Origin: Octopus vulgaris
Lineage: Eukaryota
Direction of reading: 5' to 3'
DNA length: 64,000 nt
Assembly: GCA_951406725.2 (NCBI GenBank)
Contig: OX597835.1
Coordinates: 49,290,001-49,354,000 of the forward strand
The notes under the pieces were generated by a model that was given only the letters and a program-made list of their open reading frames with translations, was not told the origin of the DNA and ran no database searches. Both the position numbers and the translations under genes were made by a program. Position 1 is the stretch's first letter, and each line of letters opens with the position of its first letter. Below are positions 43,269-58,192 of this stretch, piece by piece.

Positions 43269-44245
43269 GTATAATATATATTAATATATATGTATATCAA
43301 ATATATATATAATATATATTAATATATATATATGTGTATATATATATATGTACATATATATATATACAAACACGTTTATATATGTGTAATTTAAATACAA
43401 CTGTAATATGTAATATATATATACATTCTGACACACACATATAATACAAGATAATGATAACAATATTATATATATAGATATATATATAATATTGTTACGT
43501 GTATTTATTTGTATAAAGCGATAAAGGAAGAAGAAGAAAAAAACCCAACGGAGAAATATATGAATTCGCAAAGAAAATTGTAAATTATTGTAAATTTTAA
43601 TTGTAATTTTCTTCCACCACCACCACCGCCACCACCGCTCACAGCGTCATCTATTTTCATTTGTTTTTTTTTTTTTTTGGTTTTTTTTTTTACTTTGGGG
43701 GAATGAGAAAAACGTAAACAGAAACTCATGTAAAAACAGGCTTCCATTTTCAACGGTACACCACTCGTGTTTATTCCTTATTCCAAACTACACAAACAAC
43801 ACATACATGAATATACATACACACGTTTATATATATATCAACATATGCATTTATTAATTGAATGAAAATATAATAATAATAAAGAAAAGTGATAATAGAC
43901 AACAAATATATACATACATAAATAACATATATTGTAATTGATATATATTAAAAGAAATATTACTATTAATAATAATAATAATAATAATAATGGTGTTTAT
44001 ACTAAATTTTATGAATACGAAATTGAAGAAAAAGCTAGACGTAAAATAGAAAATATAAATTAATGAAAATAAACAACGCAGCACAGCCGGAACCATAATA
44101 ACCACGATATCAACAATAACAACACCAACAACAACAATATTCGGCACCATACCAAAGTCAACAACGTTGTTTATATATAAACACATTAAGATATAGGATA
44201 CATTCACATATAAACACACACACACATATACATATATACATATAC

Positions 44246-44311
<66 letters not shown>

Positions 44312-44701
44312 ATGTATCTGAGAAGGATTTGGTGAAAAAAGTCAGATAAATGCTAACACAGGATACTTTTACAAAAGGAAAGAAAATTCGAGGAAAAAAT
44401 AATAAATATATAATTTATATGTATGTATATATATATTATACATGCATAAATAATTACATATAATATATAAATATACACACGCCTCATTTTGAAATTGGTC
44501 CATATTTTTGTTTTGTTTATTTTTTTATTTTTATTTATTTTTTTTTTTCCCATTTCTGACGGAGAATTTTTCACTGTCGGAAATCGAAAGTGTGTAGACA
44601 CAGATTCTTAAAAAAGTTGTTCCCGAAAATCAGGGAAAATTCTCACTAAACAGACCCCGTCTGGCACCCCTCTCTTCTATGAGCAGGGGGCTGACATTTT
44701 G
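40920..44701 (+). promoter_or_regulatory. Putative COE promoter and long 5'UTR block
   Basis: CT-rich tract at 40920-41680, a CpG-containing unique segment at 41680-41950, and CAA/CAG/GGC triplet runs. No recognisable SINE copy, unlike the flanks. Ends at the COE ATG. The TSS cannot be placed from sequence. Confidence 0.45.
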
Positions 44702-44702
44702 A
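44679..44702 (+). promoter_or_regulatory. Upstream ORF (MSRGLTF*) whose TGA overlaps the COE ATG (TGATG)
   Basis: ATG AGC AGG GGG CTG ACA TTT TGA. The A of TGA (44702) is the A of the main ATG. The ORF is seen directly; its function is inferred. Confidence 0.55.
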
Positions 44703-44838
44703 TGTTCACCCTTCAGGACACTGTGCAGCGGCGAGTGTCTGTCCAGCTACCACCGATGAAAGAAGAACCGCTTTCTGGACATTTACCTCCTGCAAGGAAC
44801 TGGATGCAGCCCACGGTGGTCGACCATGGCGCAGGCAG
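44702..44838 (+). CDS. COE: First coding exon of COE/EBF (Collier/Olf-1/EBF) transcription factor; partial gene
   Basis: Translates to MFTLQDTVQRRVSVQLPPMKEEPLSGHLPPARNWMQPTVVDHGAG plus AG, then a donor AG|GTACGT at 44839. By recall it aligns with the vertebrate EBF1 N-terminus [45 protein letters not shown] (MF.xQ..QR, MKEEPL, R.WMQ). The phase-2 intron splits the Ser codon just before the conserved GVGLARAHFEKQPP block. Confidence 0.88.
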
Positions 44839-44862
44839 GTACGTTCACCCGAAACTTATTAA

Positions 44863-44924
<62 letters not shown>

Positions 44925-46827
44925 GTTTTGTTTAAAAAGACGCAAACATATTCTTAGTTGTCTTCACCACCCGTTCCCTCATAACGAACCCGGCACTCTG
45001 TGTTTGACTAAAATATGCATATGTGTGTGTGTGTGTGTGTATGTGTGTGTATGTATATATGGATGATAATATATGATATAGCTTTGTGTTTGTATGCATG
45101 CCTCTATGGGTCTATGTGTGTGCGTGTGAATAATGTGTGTGTGTGTGCGTGTGTGAGTTAATACCTGTATATTTTACCAATTATCAATTTGTGTTTATCA
45201 GTTTGTGTGTGTGTGTGTGTTTGCAAACTCACACACACACACACACGCATGTATGTATGTATGTATGCATCTGCAGGTGTGTGGCCGTGTAACGAAGGAA
45301 TTAGCCAATTAATGTCATTCATTCGTTGTATTTTGATATCTAAAAGCTGGGTTTTTTTCATGTATGCCTCTGTGTGTGTGTATGTGTGTGTGTGTGTATC
45401 TGGTTTCGGTTGCATGCTGTGCGTACCCTATATTTGCGTGCATCTTTCATTGAAACGGAGACCCTTAAAGGACCACTGCCACGGCGAGAGAGGCGCTACA
45501 CGCTCCCACAGGCTGTTAGAAATAGTAGGAAAATCTACCTCAAATCTTATAATTTTGTCTGTAAGAAACATGGAAGAACATGTTGGAAATTGTACTCATT
45601 TCAGGACATGTAAAAATCATATGAGTTGGTCATTGTTGGACTCTCTGGGAACATAGATTTCATTAACGAAAGCCTCTCTGGTACCTTAGTACTCACAACA
45701 CGTAATCCACCCACTCCTGCAATGTATAAAGGGTAGATCCGGTTATACATGTATATAATATATTGTTCTTGTTGTTGTTTAGACCAAGGCTTTCCAAGAG
45801 TGGCCTTCTAGTCTTAATTCTATAAGTAAGACTATATTATACAACGTCTGCTATATTTTGTATGAACCTGATATGAGGGTATTTTGACTGCTATTTCTGC
45901 TATTTATATACAGAGAGGGTCGACGAACGGGATAAATAGATGTTGATAAGAATAAACACACGAGACAATTTAACCCATAAGCACAGTTTTCGGTAATAGC
46001 ACATTGTGCATGATTAAAATAACAATAATAACAACCTTTTCTACAGTTTCGAAGCGAGGGGTTAAGTCGATTACATCGTCCCTAGTATTCAACTGTTACC
46101 TATTTTATCGACCCCGAAGGGGTAAAAGGCAAAGTCGACCTCAGCGGAATTTGAACTTACCACGTATAGACGGACGAAATACCGCTCAGCTAACGGTTCT
46201 GCCAGCTCGCCATAAAAATAATAATAATAACAATAATATGACTTTCTAGCATTGTTACAAGAATCGAGATTGTTGGGTGTAATAGGGCGGAGGTCTGTTT
46301 CATTAATATCGATCTGTGTATTGATTGGTTGATTGGGTGGTTGGTTGGTTGGTGGGTTGGCTGGTTGGATAGTAGGTTGGCTGGTTGGTATTTAACCTTA
46401 CATTTTTCGATACCCAGGTAGGATTCGAGCTCAGTGGTTGTACCTAATAATTTATTGGGGACAATCTTGGTATACAACTTGTATGTAATTTCTCGATCCA
46501 GAAGGGCGAAGAAACAAAACCCATCGCAGAAATATGTATGTGTGTGTATATATATATATATATAATGTACATGTATACATACATGTAAATATATATGTGC
46601 AGAGATACATATGTATTTATATATATGTATGCATACGTACGCACACACTCGCAAACATACGACGGGCTTCTTTCAGTTTCACAAGACTTTCGTCTGGTCA
46701 AGGTTTATAGTTGAAGACACATGACCATCGTTCCACGCAGAGGGAGTGAACCAGCAATCATGGGGTTGGGAAGCAAAATTTTTCCACACTCACCCATGCC
46801 TGCGTCTATGTATCTGTGTGTGTGTGC

Positions 46828-46887
<60 letters not shown>

Positions 46888-46893
46888 CATATG

Positions 46894-46936
<43 letters not shown>

Positions 46937-47109
46937 ATATATATATATAGATATATATATACATATATATAAATATATGTAAGTATATGTATATGAATGC
47001 ATATATATATGTGTGTGTGTGTAAGTATATGTATGCATGTATGTATATATACATGTATATATATATATGTATGCATATATACATATATATATATATAAAA
47101 TATACATAA

Positions 47110-47156
<47 letters not shown>

Positions 47157-47314
47157 TCATTGTGCGTTTTGAATACACGTGTTCAATATTTGCAGTGGAG
47201 GGTGTCAATCACATTTCACCACAAAAGAAAATCGGCAAAAATAAGAAAAGATAAATAAATGATTAAATAAATGAATGAACGAAATAAAAATGTGTTTCAA
47301 AGAAAATCTCTGAA

Positions 47315-47385
47315 GAAGATTATCATTGGAGAAGATTATCATTGGAGAAGATTATCATTGGAGAAGATTATCATTGGAGAAGATT
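47315..47385. repeat. Tandem repeat, 16-bp unit x4.4 (gaagattatcattgga)
   Basis: Perfect direct copies. Confidence 0.95.
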
Positions 47386-47626
47386 GGGTGAGATTTGTTG
47401 GGATTTCAGTTTTATTTCTAGTAGTTTCAACGACCATCAACACGATCCATTTTTGACTCTCGTGTACAGACAAGTAGAATGCAAGGTGTGGCAGGTGTAT
47501 CGTTTGTTTAGCTCATTCACTACACACCTGTAATTAACTTTGGCCGTCGATGCTTTCAGTATTGATTAGAGATATTGAATTAGCTTCTTTGTATGGGTAT
47601 CTATGCATCTATATATATATATATAT

Positions 47627-47672
<46 letters not shown>

Positions 47673-47837
47673 GTGTGTGTGTGTATATATATATACATAT
47701 ACATATATATGTATATATATATATATGTATATATGTATATGTATATATATGTATGCAATATATATATGTATATATGTATGTAATAGATATGTATATATAT
47801 ATACATATATATATATAAACATATATGTATATATATG

Positions 47838-47872
<35 letters not shown>

Positions 47873-48095
47873 GTGTGTATATATATATATGAGTGTATGT
47901 ATTTCTATATATATATATATTCTTTTATAGGTTTCAGCCCAAAGGTTGTCGCCATATACATATATATGTATATACATATGGATGTATAAATGTATGTGTG
48001 TATGTTTAAATGTATATATATGTATGTGTGTGTGTATATATATATATATTTAACTGAAATACATTTTTGTAAAAGCATAGATGTACATATATATG

Positions 48096-48181
<86 letters not shown>

Positions 48182-48413
48182 AATGAGTGTTTGAGTATCT
48201 ATGTACTCACAAGGCATACATGTATGTTTAATTAATTAATTCCTCAGTGTTATGCATTATTCTACCACTTACGGGTGTGTGCGTGTGCATGTTTGTGTGT
48301 GTGTGCGTTTCAATAAATTAAGTAGTTTTCACGTAGGGTTTGGATGCGTTTAATTGGTTCTTATGCTTTCACTTGTAAAAAGCATGCACAGCCATCTGAC
48401 TGTTTCTGAGTGC

Positions 48414-48539
<126 letters not shown>

Positions 48540-48706
48540 GTATATATATATATATGTATATATATACATATATACATATATATATATATATGTATATATA
48601 TATTGTGTGTGTGTATGTGTGTGTGTGTGTGTACACATACATACTTACATGCATACATATATACAAATTTATATATATATATATATATGTATTTGTATAT
48701 ATACAC

Positions 48707-48737
<31 letters not shown>

Positions 48738-49156
48738 AAGACACACGCATGTACTTGGGATAAGGGTGTTTGTGCATATGTTGAAGTGTATCTCTAGACA
48801 AATGCACCTATATACACACGCATGCACATGGAAATGCATGTAGGCATGTATGTGACAAGATATATTTCATTATATATGTGAGAATATATACTTCAACAAT
48901 ATACAAATATATTAATATATCATTATATACTGAAAACACCTACATATATATAAAAATTATATATGTATAGTTTTATATGCATATCAATATATATATGTCT
49001 ATGCATTTTTCCGTGTATCCATGTTGTGTGTCTGTAGCCTTGTAGAGGTGTGTCTACGTGTGTGTGTGCGTGTGTATAATCCCTTTGCAATGTGCATTTC
49101 CTACATTAGGAGATTGTTCTCAAAGAGATTACTGTGTGTATGCAAATACATGCACT

Positions 49157-49205
<49 letters not shown>

Positions 49206-49365
49206 TCATCATCTCACTCTCTGCATATTTTAAAATGGTTTCATTGTGTAACTGCATCTATTCTAATTATTTCAATTCACACACAGATGCATATAAGCAA
49301 GTTAACACACACACACACACACATATGTGTATTTAGGTATATAGATATATATATATCTATATATT

Positions 49366-49411
<46 letters not shown>

Positions 49412-49741
49412 TATTCATATATATATGTATGTCTACTTGCATATGACTGCATCAAATGCTTATGTTTAAATGCATTTATAGGGATATACGTATATATATA
49501 TACATATACATGCACATATGTATGTATATATGCATGTATATATGTATATGTGTCTGTGTGTGTGTGTGTGTGTGTTAAGGTGTAAGAATGTAAGTATATG
49601 CATATGTATATACAATAACATATGAATATGTGCAAATGTATATATATCCGTGCGTTTCTGTCTTACACTCGTCATACGTTGAATAGAAAAGTATACGCTG
49701 CGTACATAATATTTGTTACATAAATGTGTGTTTGTATATGC

Positions 49742-49775
<34 letters not shown>

Positions 49776-50075
49776 ATGTATGTATATATATCTATTTATA
49801 TATACATATATTTGTATATTTATGTATATCTATATACATATATATATGTATGTATATATACATGTATATCTATATATATGTATACAGATATATGTATACA
49901 TATGTGTGTGTAAGTATACATACACGCACATATGCATATCTTCTTCTAGCATAAGGGTTTCCACAAAATGGAAAAAAACTCATTCTTATATTTATATATC
50001 TTTCTATCTATCTATATATATATATATATATATATTTGTGTGTGTGTGTGTGCGTGTACAGCTATATACATATAC

Positions 50076-50141
<66 letters not shown>

Positions 50142-50338
50142 CTATATTCATATCCATAAGTATATATGGATATCTATTTACATATATGTATATCTGCATA
50201 TATATATATATATGTACATATATATATGTATATCTATATATATACATGCATATTTATATACATATATATATATCTATATACATATATATACATATATATA
50301 TGTTTATATATCTATATACATATATACATGTACATATT

Positions 50339-50385
<47 letters not shown>

Positions 50386-50464
50386 TAATAAGGTTAGAAA
50401 TTGATATTAATCAATTAAAACCAGTGGCCTAGCATATTAAAAAAATCCGAAGATTAAAATATTT

Positions 50465-50610
50465 TTTACGTACAAAATTTAGAGGACTGACCACTAAAAG
50501 TGGACGGTCAATATGCTAGATATAGACGTCAAAATCGCGATTTTGACGTCTATATCTAGTATATTGACCGTCCACTTTTAGTGATCAGTCCTTTAAATTT
50601 TGTATGTAAA
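50465..50610. repeat. 146-bp spacerless palindrome (73-bp arms, 4 mismatches)
   Basis: Centre aaaatcg|cgatttt at 50537/50538; arms compared base by base. Confidence 0.95.
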
Positions 50611-50710
50611 TATATATAGATGTATGTATATATGTATATATGTATATGTTTATATATGTATACATGTATGTATATATGTATGCATATATATATGTATATA
50701 TGTATATGTT

Positions 50711-50741
<31 letters not shown>

Positions 50742-50908
50742 GTACATGTAAATATATCTTTATATATACGTATATGTATATGTGCGTGTACGCATACATA
50801 CACACATATGTATACATATATCGGTATATATATGTGTGTATATGTATATATCTATGTATAAGTATCTGTGTATATTTTATATATATATACACATATATAT
50901 ATATGTGT

Positions 50909-50951
<43 letters not shown>

Positions 50952-51488
50952 TGTAGGTGTAAATAAATATATATGTATATATATATATGTGCATGTATGT
51001 ATATATAAATATATAGAGAGAGAAAGTAGGAGGGAGATACACGTGTAATATATAAGCATACATATACATATTTATACACACTTAAGTGTATGTCTGAGCC
51101 TGTGTGTATAAATATGCCCGTACCCCCCCCCCCACACACACACACGTGTTCTATTCATATGTAACTGCATACATTGTCTTTATACGCCTATAAGTGTGTG
51201 TGTACATGTATCTGTATATATATATATATATATATATATCTTGTATATATATATATATATGTATGTAAGTGTGTACACGTACATATATATATATATATAT
51301 ATATAATATAAATATATATATACATACATATATTTACATATACTGTTATATTTGTGTTTGTATACAATTTTACACACATACGCACACAGACACAACTAAA
51401 CACACACTCACGTATTGCCGTATACATAATCAAATATGCATGTGTGTACATACTCATATATACATACATATACATACATACACATATA

Positions 51489-51587
<99 letters not shown>

Positions 51588-51972
51588 CCCGTGCTAGCAC
51601 GGAAAACGGACGTTAGACGATGATGATGATATATATATATATATATATATATATCGTATATATATATTGCATACGTGTATGCGGTGCTCCAGCATGGCCG
51701 CACTCAAATGACTGAAACAAATTAAGGAAAAGGATAAAAGAATAGCGATAGATAGATAACTGAAACTGATCGCACGCAGGTGGTTCTATCCACACCCGAA
51801 TACGTACGGGTAGCTGAGCCTTTGAACTCTTTCACCAATCTCCGTCACACACGCACCGATCGACTCGGAAGCCTGTGTACGTGTGTTCGCGCTTATGTGT
51901 CACTATTGCGACGGCCAACCTCTCAACATCTCTTGGGCCTCTAGAGTACATGTGTTTGCTTGCATCTGTATG

Positions 51973-52059
<87 letters not shown>

Positions 52060-52649
52060 GTATGTTTGTATATATATATATATGTGTGTATGCATATAAG
52101 AACATGAGATGAAAATGGAATAAACAAATAAACATACATGTGTGTGAGTGTGTGTATGTGTGTGTGTATGTGTGTGTGTATGCAAATGTTTTCATAAAGA
52201 CTCACACACACACGCATTTGTGCACGACGGTGTGTGTATGTCTGCTTTGCTTGTGATTATGACTCTATGTGATCATTACGTGTATATCATTATATATGTG
52301 TGTGTGTGAGACACACAGAGAGAAAGAGAGAGAGAGAGAAATTGTGTATGTGTGCCTATATGTTTACGCCGATGTATGACACACGTGTGTCAGATATTAA
52401 CAGTGTTATGTGTCTTGAAATTTTTTCCCTTGCAAACTCAAAATTATAGACTAATGGCTAGAGAGAGAGAGAGAGAGTGTGTGTGTGTGTGTGTTGTTTG
52501 ATTCGCTGTTTGAAGGATTTCTGATAGGCGATACCTTACAACTTTCTTCTTCCTGTACACCTTTGTAACTCCTATTCACAAATGAAACATGTGTAATGAG
52601 GGATAAATAATTCCCCGCCAAATTTTTCAATCTCTTATTTTGATCATTT

Positions 52650-52697
<48 letters not shown>

Positions 52698-53123
52698 CAA
52701 ATCAGGAGACTGGAAAAATCAAACATATCGCATATGTTATGTATATATATATATATATATATATATACTTGTTTCAGTATGTGGCCATGTCTTGAAAAAG
52801 AGTCGAATGAATCGATCGCGGGACTTGTTTTATGTTTTACCCTTCGTCTTATTCTCTCTGTTTCTTTGCAAAATCGGTAATTTATGAAAAAAAAAACCAA
52901 CAGCGTTTAGTGAAACTATGGCAGGGCACAAACACAACCGCGCACACACATAGACACACACACACACACACACACACATACTCTCACACTTATATGTAAC
53001 CTGGTACCCCGCCTCATATTTTCCAGTGAGCATCTTGTGGCAATCCATGTATATAGATATATAGAGGGGTCCCTTGTTTATTGGTTAACCACAAGTCCCA
53101 TCATTCTGTTAAAATCCGCTCTA

Positions 53124-53159
53124 CACCCGCCAAGCACCCGCCAAGCACCCGCCAAGCAC
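53124..53159. repeat. Tandem repeat, 11-bp unit x3 (cacccgccaag)
   Basis: Perfect direct copies. Confidence 0.9.
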
Positions 53160-53292
53160 AACACACTGTCTCCATTTGCATTTCCGTCTCCAAAATATTC
53201 ATTTTATAACCAATTATGTCACAACTCCCGAACTGGGTTAATAAGCATTTCCAAAGAAACCAATTTCGTTTCTTTCTCTGTTTTCCTGCGTG

Positions 53293-53328
<36 letters not shown>

Positions 53329-53619
53329 CGTGTATGCGTAAGTAAGTGTGTGTGCGTCTTGTTTGTGTATTCTTACATAAGTGTATCTATTTTTTTTCAT
53401 GTCACTATGTATGTCAATTATATATATATTCATATATTCTTGTGACAATATGTGTGTGTGTACTTATGAATATATAAGATTATATATACATATTGTATGT
53501 GTGTACATATATATGGTTCTTCATGTGCTTGTGTATGTGTATATATATATATGTATGAATAAATATATATATTCATACTTACATATATATATATATATAT
53601 TGATACATAGATATATGAT

Positions 53620-53661
<42 letters not shown>

Positions 53662-53663
53662 TG

Positions 53664-53702
<39 letters not shown>

Positions 53703-53827
53703 AACATAGATGTATATAGATGTATGTTATATATGCTACATAAAATATACATACATAATATATATGTTTGTCAGTCACATGCACACTTTTACACACTTTC
53801 CCACACACACGGCTATACATACATACA

Positions 53828-53900
<73 letters not shown>

Positions 53901-54165
53901 TGTATATACAGATGTATATATATATATACATATAAATATATATAATGTATATATATGTATATATATACACACACATATAAACGAATATTTGTTTTTAGGA
54001 TAAAAAAAAAGTTTTACACAAAATTGAAGGTTTTCGCAATACATTTTTGTAGAGTCAAAATATTCTTTTTTGACTCTTTGTTGAAGAATAATTTACGCAT
54101 CGGACTGACAATGAAACTTTTCGAAATCACTGTCTGTATTTTTTGTTAAAGAATATTTGTGATTC

Positions 54166-54418
<253 letters not shown>

Positions 54419-55030
54419 GTATGTGTGTATATGTGCACTTGCAAAAATATTTGGTTTTACAACGGTAATACAATTTATATTATAGATAAAAATTCACTTA
54501 TATCTAGAATAAATTGCTTCCACAAGCTTGCTGACAATCTTCGTTTGGTGTCCGAAAATGTTGATCCTTTTACAATGGCTGAATCCGACGCCATTCCAAA
54601 AGGCGGTTCCACATAGTTTCCTTCAAAATGTACAAAAATATTATCTGAAAAATATGAAGAAATTTTACACCGTCATTTAAACAATACAATTATTAATTGT
54701 GTAGAATATATGGTTTGTTTGTTTTTGAAAGAAAACAACGAAGTAATTAACCTGAAAACATAAATGAATTATCTATAAATTCTGCTGTCTTCTCCTGGGT
54801 AAAATTAGGGTTAGGGGATTCTGTAGGGGATGACATTGTCAAACGCACACACAAACACACTCACACATACATATGTGTATATATATATACATACACATGC
54901 ATACATATACCCACATGCATATATATATAACTCTAGATGCACAAAACACACATACACACACAAACATATAAATATATATATATATTACATATGTATATAT
55001 GTGTATATATATATATATATTACATATGTA

Positions 55031-55076
<46 letters not shown>

Positions 55077-55634
55077 GTATATGTAAATAAATACATACAA
55101 TACGTATTCATAAATGCTTAAATTTGTGTGTCCACACATATTTACATGTGTGTGTGTGTGTGTGTATACACACTCTCACACGTACAGACGCATATACAAT
55201 TGAGCCTATACTTAAACATACAATGTAATCTACACACATATATATATATATATGGAGGGTAATTATTCATAGACATAGCCGTGCATATACGTACACATAT
55301 GCGTGTGTGCTGTAGTTGAGCACATATAAGCAATGACCCGACCTATGTATTACGGCCTAAGCCGTCACGGAATCTTCCGCATTATCTAAAACCCTCGTTC
55401 ATTAAAGGAATCAGGATGTGATATGAGGGGGATCATGCTGGAATTTCTAGCATGCCGACTGTCTACATACAGGCTCCCTTTACATTTATGCTGAGTGGTT
55501 CTGGGTGTATGTATGTGTGTGTTTATGTGTTCATGTGTATGTATATGCATCTGTGTTGGAGTGCGACCATGTGCGAACTCAGAAATTAGTATTCTGTGTT
55601 TAGCGAAGATTCAAGTTTAATATCTACCTATCTA

Positions 55635-55679
<45 letters not shown>

Positions 55680-55698
55680 TTATCTATCTATCTACAGA

Positions 55699-55759
<61 letters not shown>

Positions 55760-55983
55760 ACATACTTATACACACATATACGTATACATATACATCTATA
55801 AATATATATATACATGTATGTATACATATTTATATATACACACGCACATATATGGATACATATATATATATAAATATATATACATACACACACATATGTA
55901 TGTATATATATGTATGGATATATATGGATATATATATATATGTATGGATATATATGTATGGATATATATATATATATGTATGG

Positions 55984-56119
<136 letters not shown>

Positions 56120-56619
56120 AGGTAGACAGATACATAGATATAAATATATGTATATATATTCAGTCATGTGTATGTTTACATATACATATACATACATTTT
56201 TATACTTATATGTTTACATGTCTATACAATTAAAATGTGTGTGTGTGTGCATTTACAAATGTATATAAATCTATTTAGGCTTGTGCATATATATTTATCA
56301 TCATGAATTCACGTCTGTTATTTCATGCCGGCATGTGGGAAGCATGCTATCACAAAACCCGGGCGATCGCTATTCCGTGTGGCTGCCCCACCCTAAGTCT
56401 AAACGGTTCGGAGACCCTCTCCGTGATTCCTTTACATATTTGGCATTCATTCCACGCCTGCGTGCTCTTCCTATGTGTCTTTCTATGTACACACAAACAC
56501 TCACACACACACACATACACACACACATACACACACACATACACATATAATTATATTATTATATATATAAATAATTACATGTATAAATGTATGTATGAAT
56601 ATATGTATATATGCATGCA

Positions 56620-56724
<105 letters not shown>

Positions 56725-56727
56725 CAT

Positions 56728-57147
56728 ACTCTTTTACTTGTTTCAGTCATTTGACTGTGACCATGCTGGGGCACTGTCCTTAGTCGAGCAAATCGGCCCC
56801 AGGATTTATTCTTTGTAAGCCTAGTACTTATTCTATCGGACTCTTTTTGCCGAACCGCTATATCGCGGGGATGTAAACACACAAGTATCGGTTGTCAAGC
56901 GACGTTTGTGGGGGCTAAACACAGACACACAAACGTATACATATGCACACACATATACACACACATATATAGACACACACATACGGCGGGCTTCTTTCAG
57001 TTTCCGTCTACCGAATCCACTCACAAGACTTTGGTCGGCCCGAGGCTATAGTAGAAGACACTTGCCCAAGGTACCACGCGGTGGGACTGAACCCGGAACT
57101 TGTGGTTCATAAGCAAGCTACTTACTGCACAGCCTGTCCTACGCCTA
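56728..57147 (-). mobile_element. SINE family A, full length, intronic antisense
   Basis: Reverse-complement copy. Other intronic fragments at ~46655-46803 (-), 51678-51745 (+), 52765-52930 (-) and 59329-59455 (-). Confidence 0.82.
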
Positions 57148-57190
57148 TTATATATACATAGGCGTAGGAGTGGCTGTATATATGTATGTA

Positions 57191-57267
<77 letters not shown>

Positions 57268-57283
57268 GGTATGTATATAAGTA

Positions 57284-57332
<49 letters not shown>

Positions 57333-57350
57333 GTAGATATGCATGTATGA

Positions 57351-57394
<44 letters not shown>

Positions 57395-57699
57395 AAATGT
57401 ACGTGTGTGTATGTACATGTATGTATATTTGTATATATATATATATGTATATGTGTATATATATGTCTGTGTATGTATATATGTATATATGTGTATATGT
57501 ATATATATATATATATGTATGTATGTGTATGTGTATATATATATATATATTATATATATTTGTATATATATATATGTATGTATATTTGTATGTATATATA
57601 TATATATATACACATATATGTATTTGTATGTATATTTGTATATATATATATATGCATATGTATGTATATTTGTATATATATATATGTATATAAATATAT

Positions 57700-57736
<37 letters not shown>

Positions 57737-57748
57737 GTATGTATATTT

Positions 57749-57786
<38 letters not shown>

Positions 57787-57847
57787 CATACATACAAATA
57801 CGTGTGTGCTGATGTATTTGGGCACAAAAATATAAGAATGCATATAA

Positions 57848-57913
<66 letters not shown>

Positions 57914-58035
57914 TAGACAGATAGATAAGATAATCTTCATAACTTCAATTCTTTAAATATCAAGCACATGGTGGTATGTATCAGTTTTAACTTTATACAG
58001 AGTGCCTCGTGCGCGTATGTACGTACATCTACATC

Positions 58036-58090
<55 letters not shown>

Positions 58091-58146
58091 TCCTTTTGGA
58101 TTAACTGGTGCTAGAGTGAGCCATATAGTGACCACTCTGTTATATT

Positions 58147-58192
<46 letters not shown>

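Noticed and set aside
44620-44637. Autoregulatory COE/EBF site (TCCCNNGGGA)
   Set aside because: The half-sites are 8 bp apart instead of 2. Near-matches at ~479 and ~2861 have mismatches and are at chance level.
53124-53159. E2F-like CCCGCCAA triplet
   Set aside because: Explained by a simple 11-bp tandem duplication; no promoter context.
54805-54816. Telomeric TTAGGG repeat
   Set aside because: Only two units; expected by chance.
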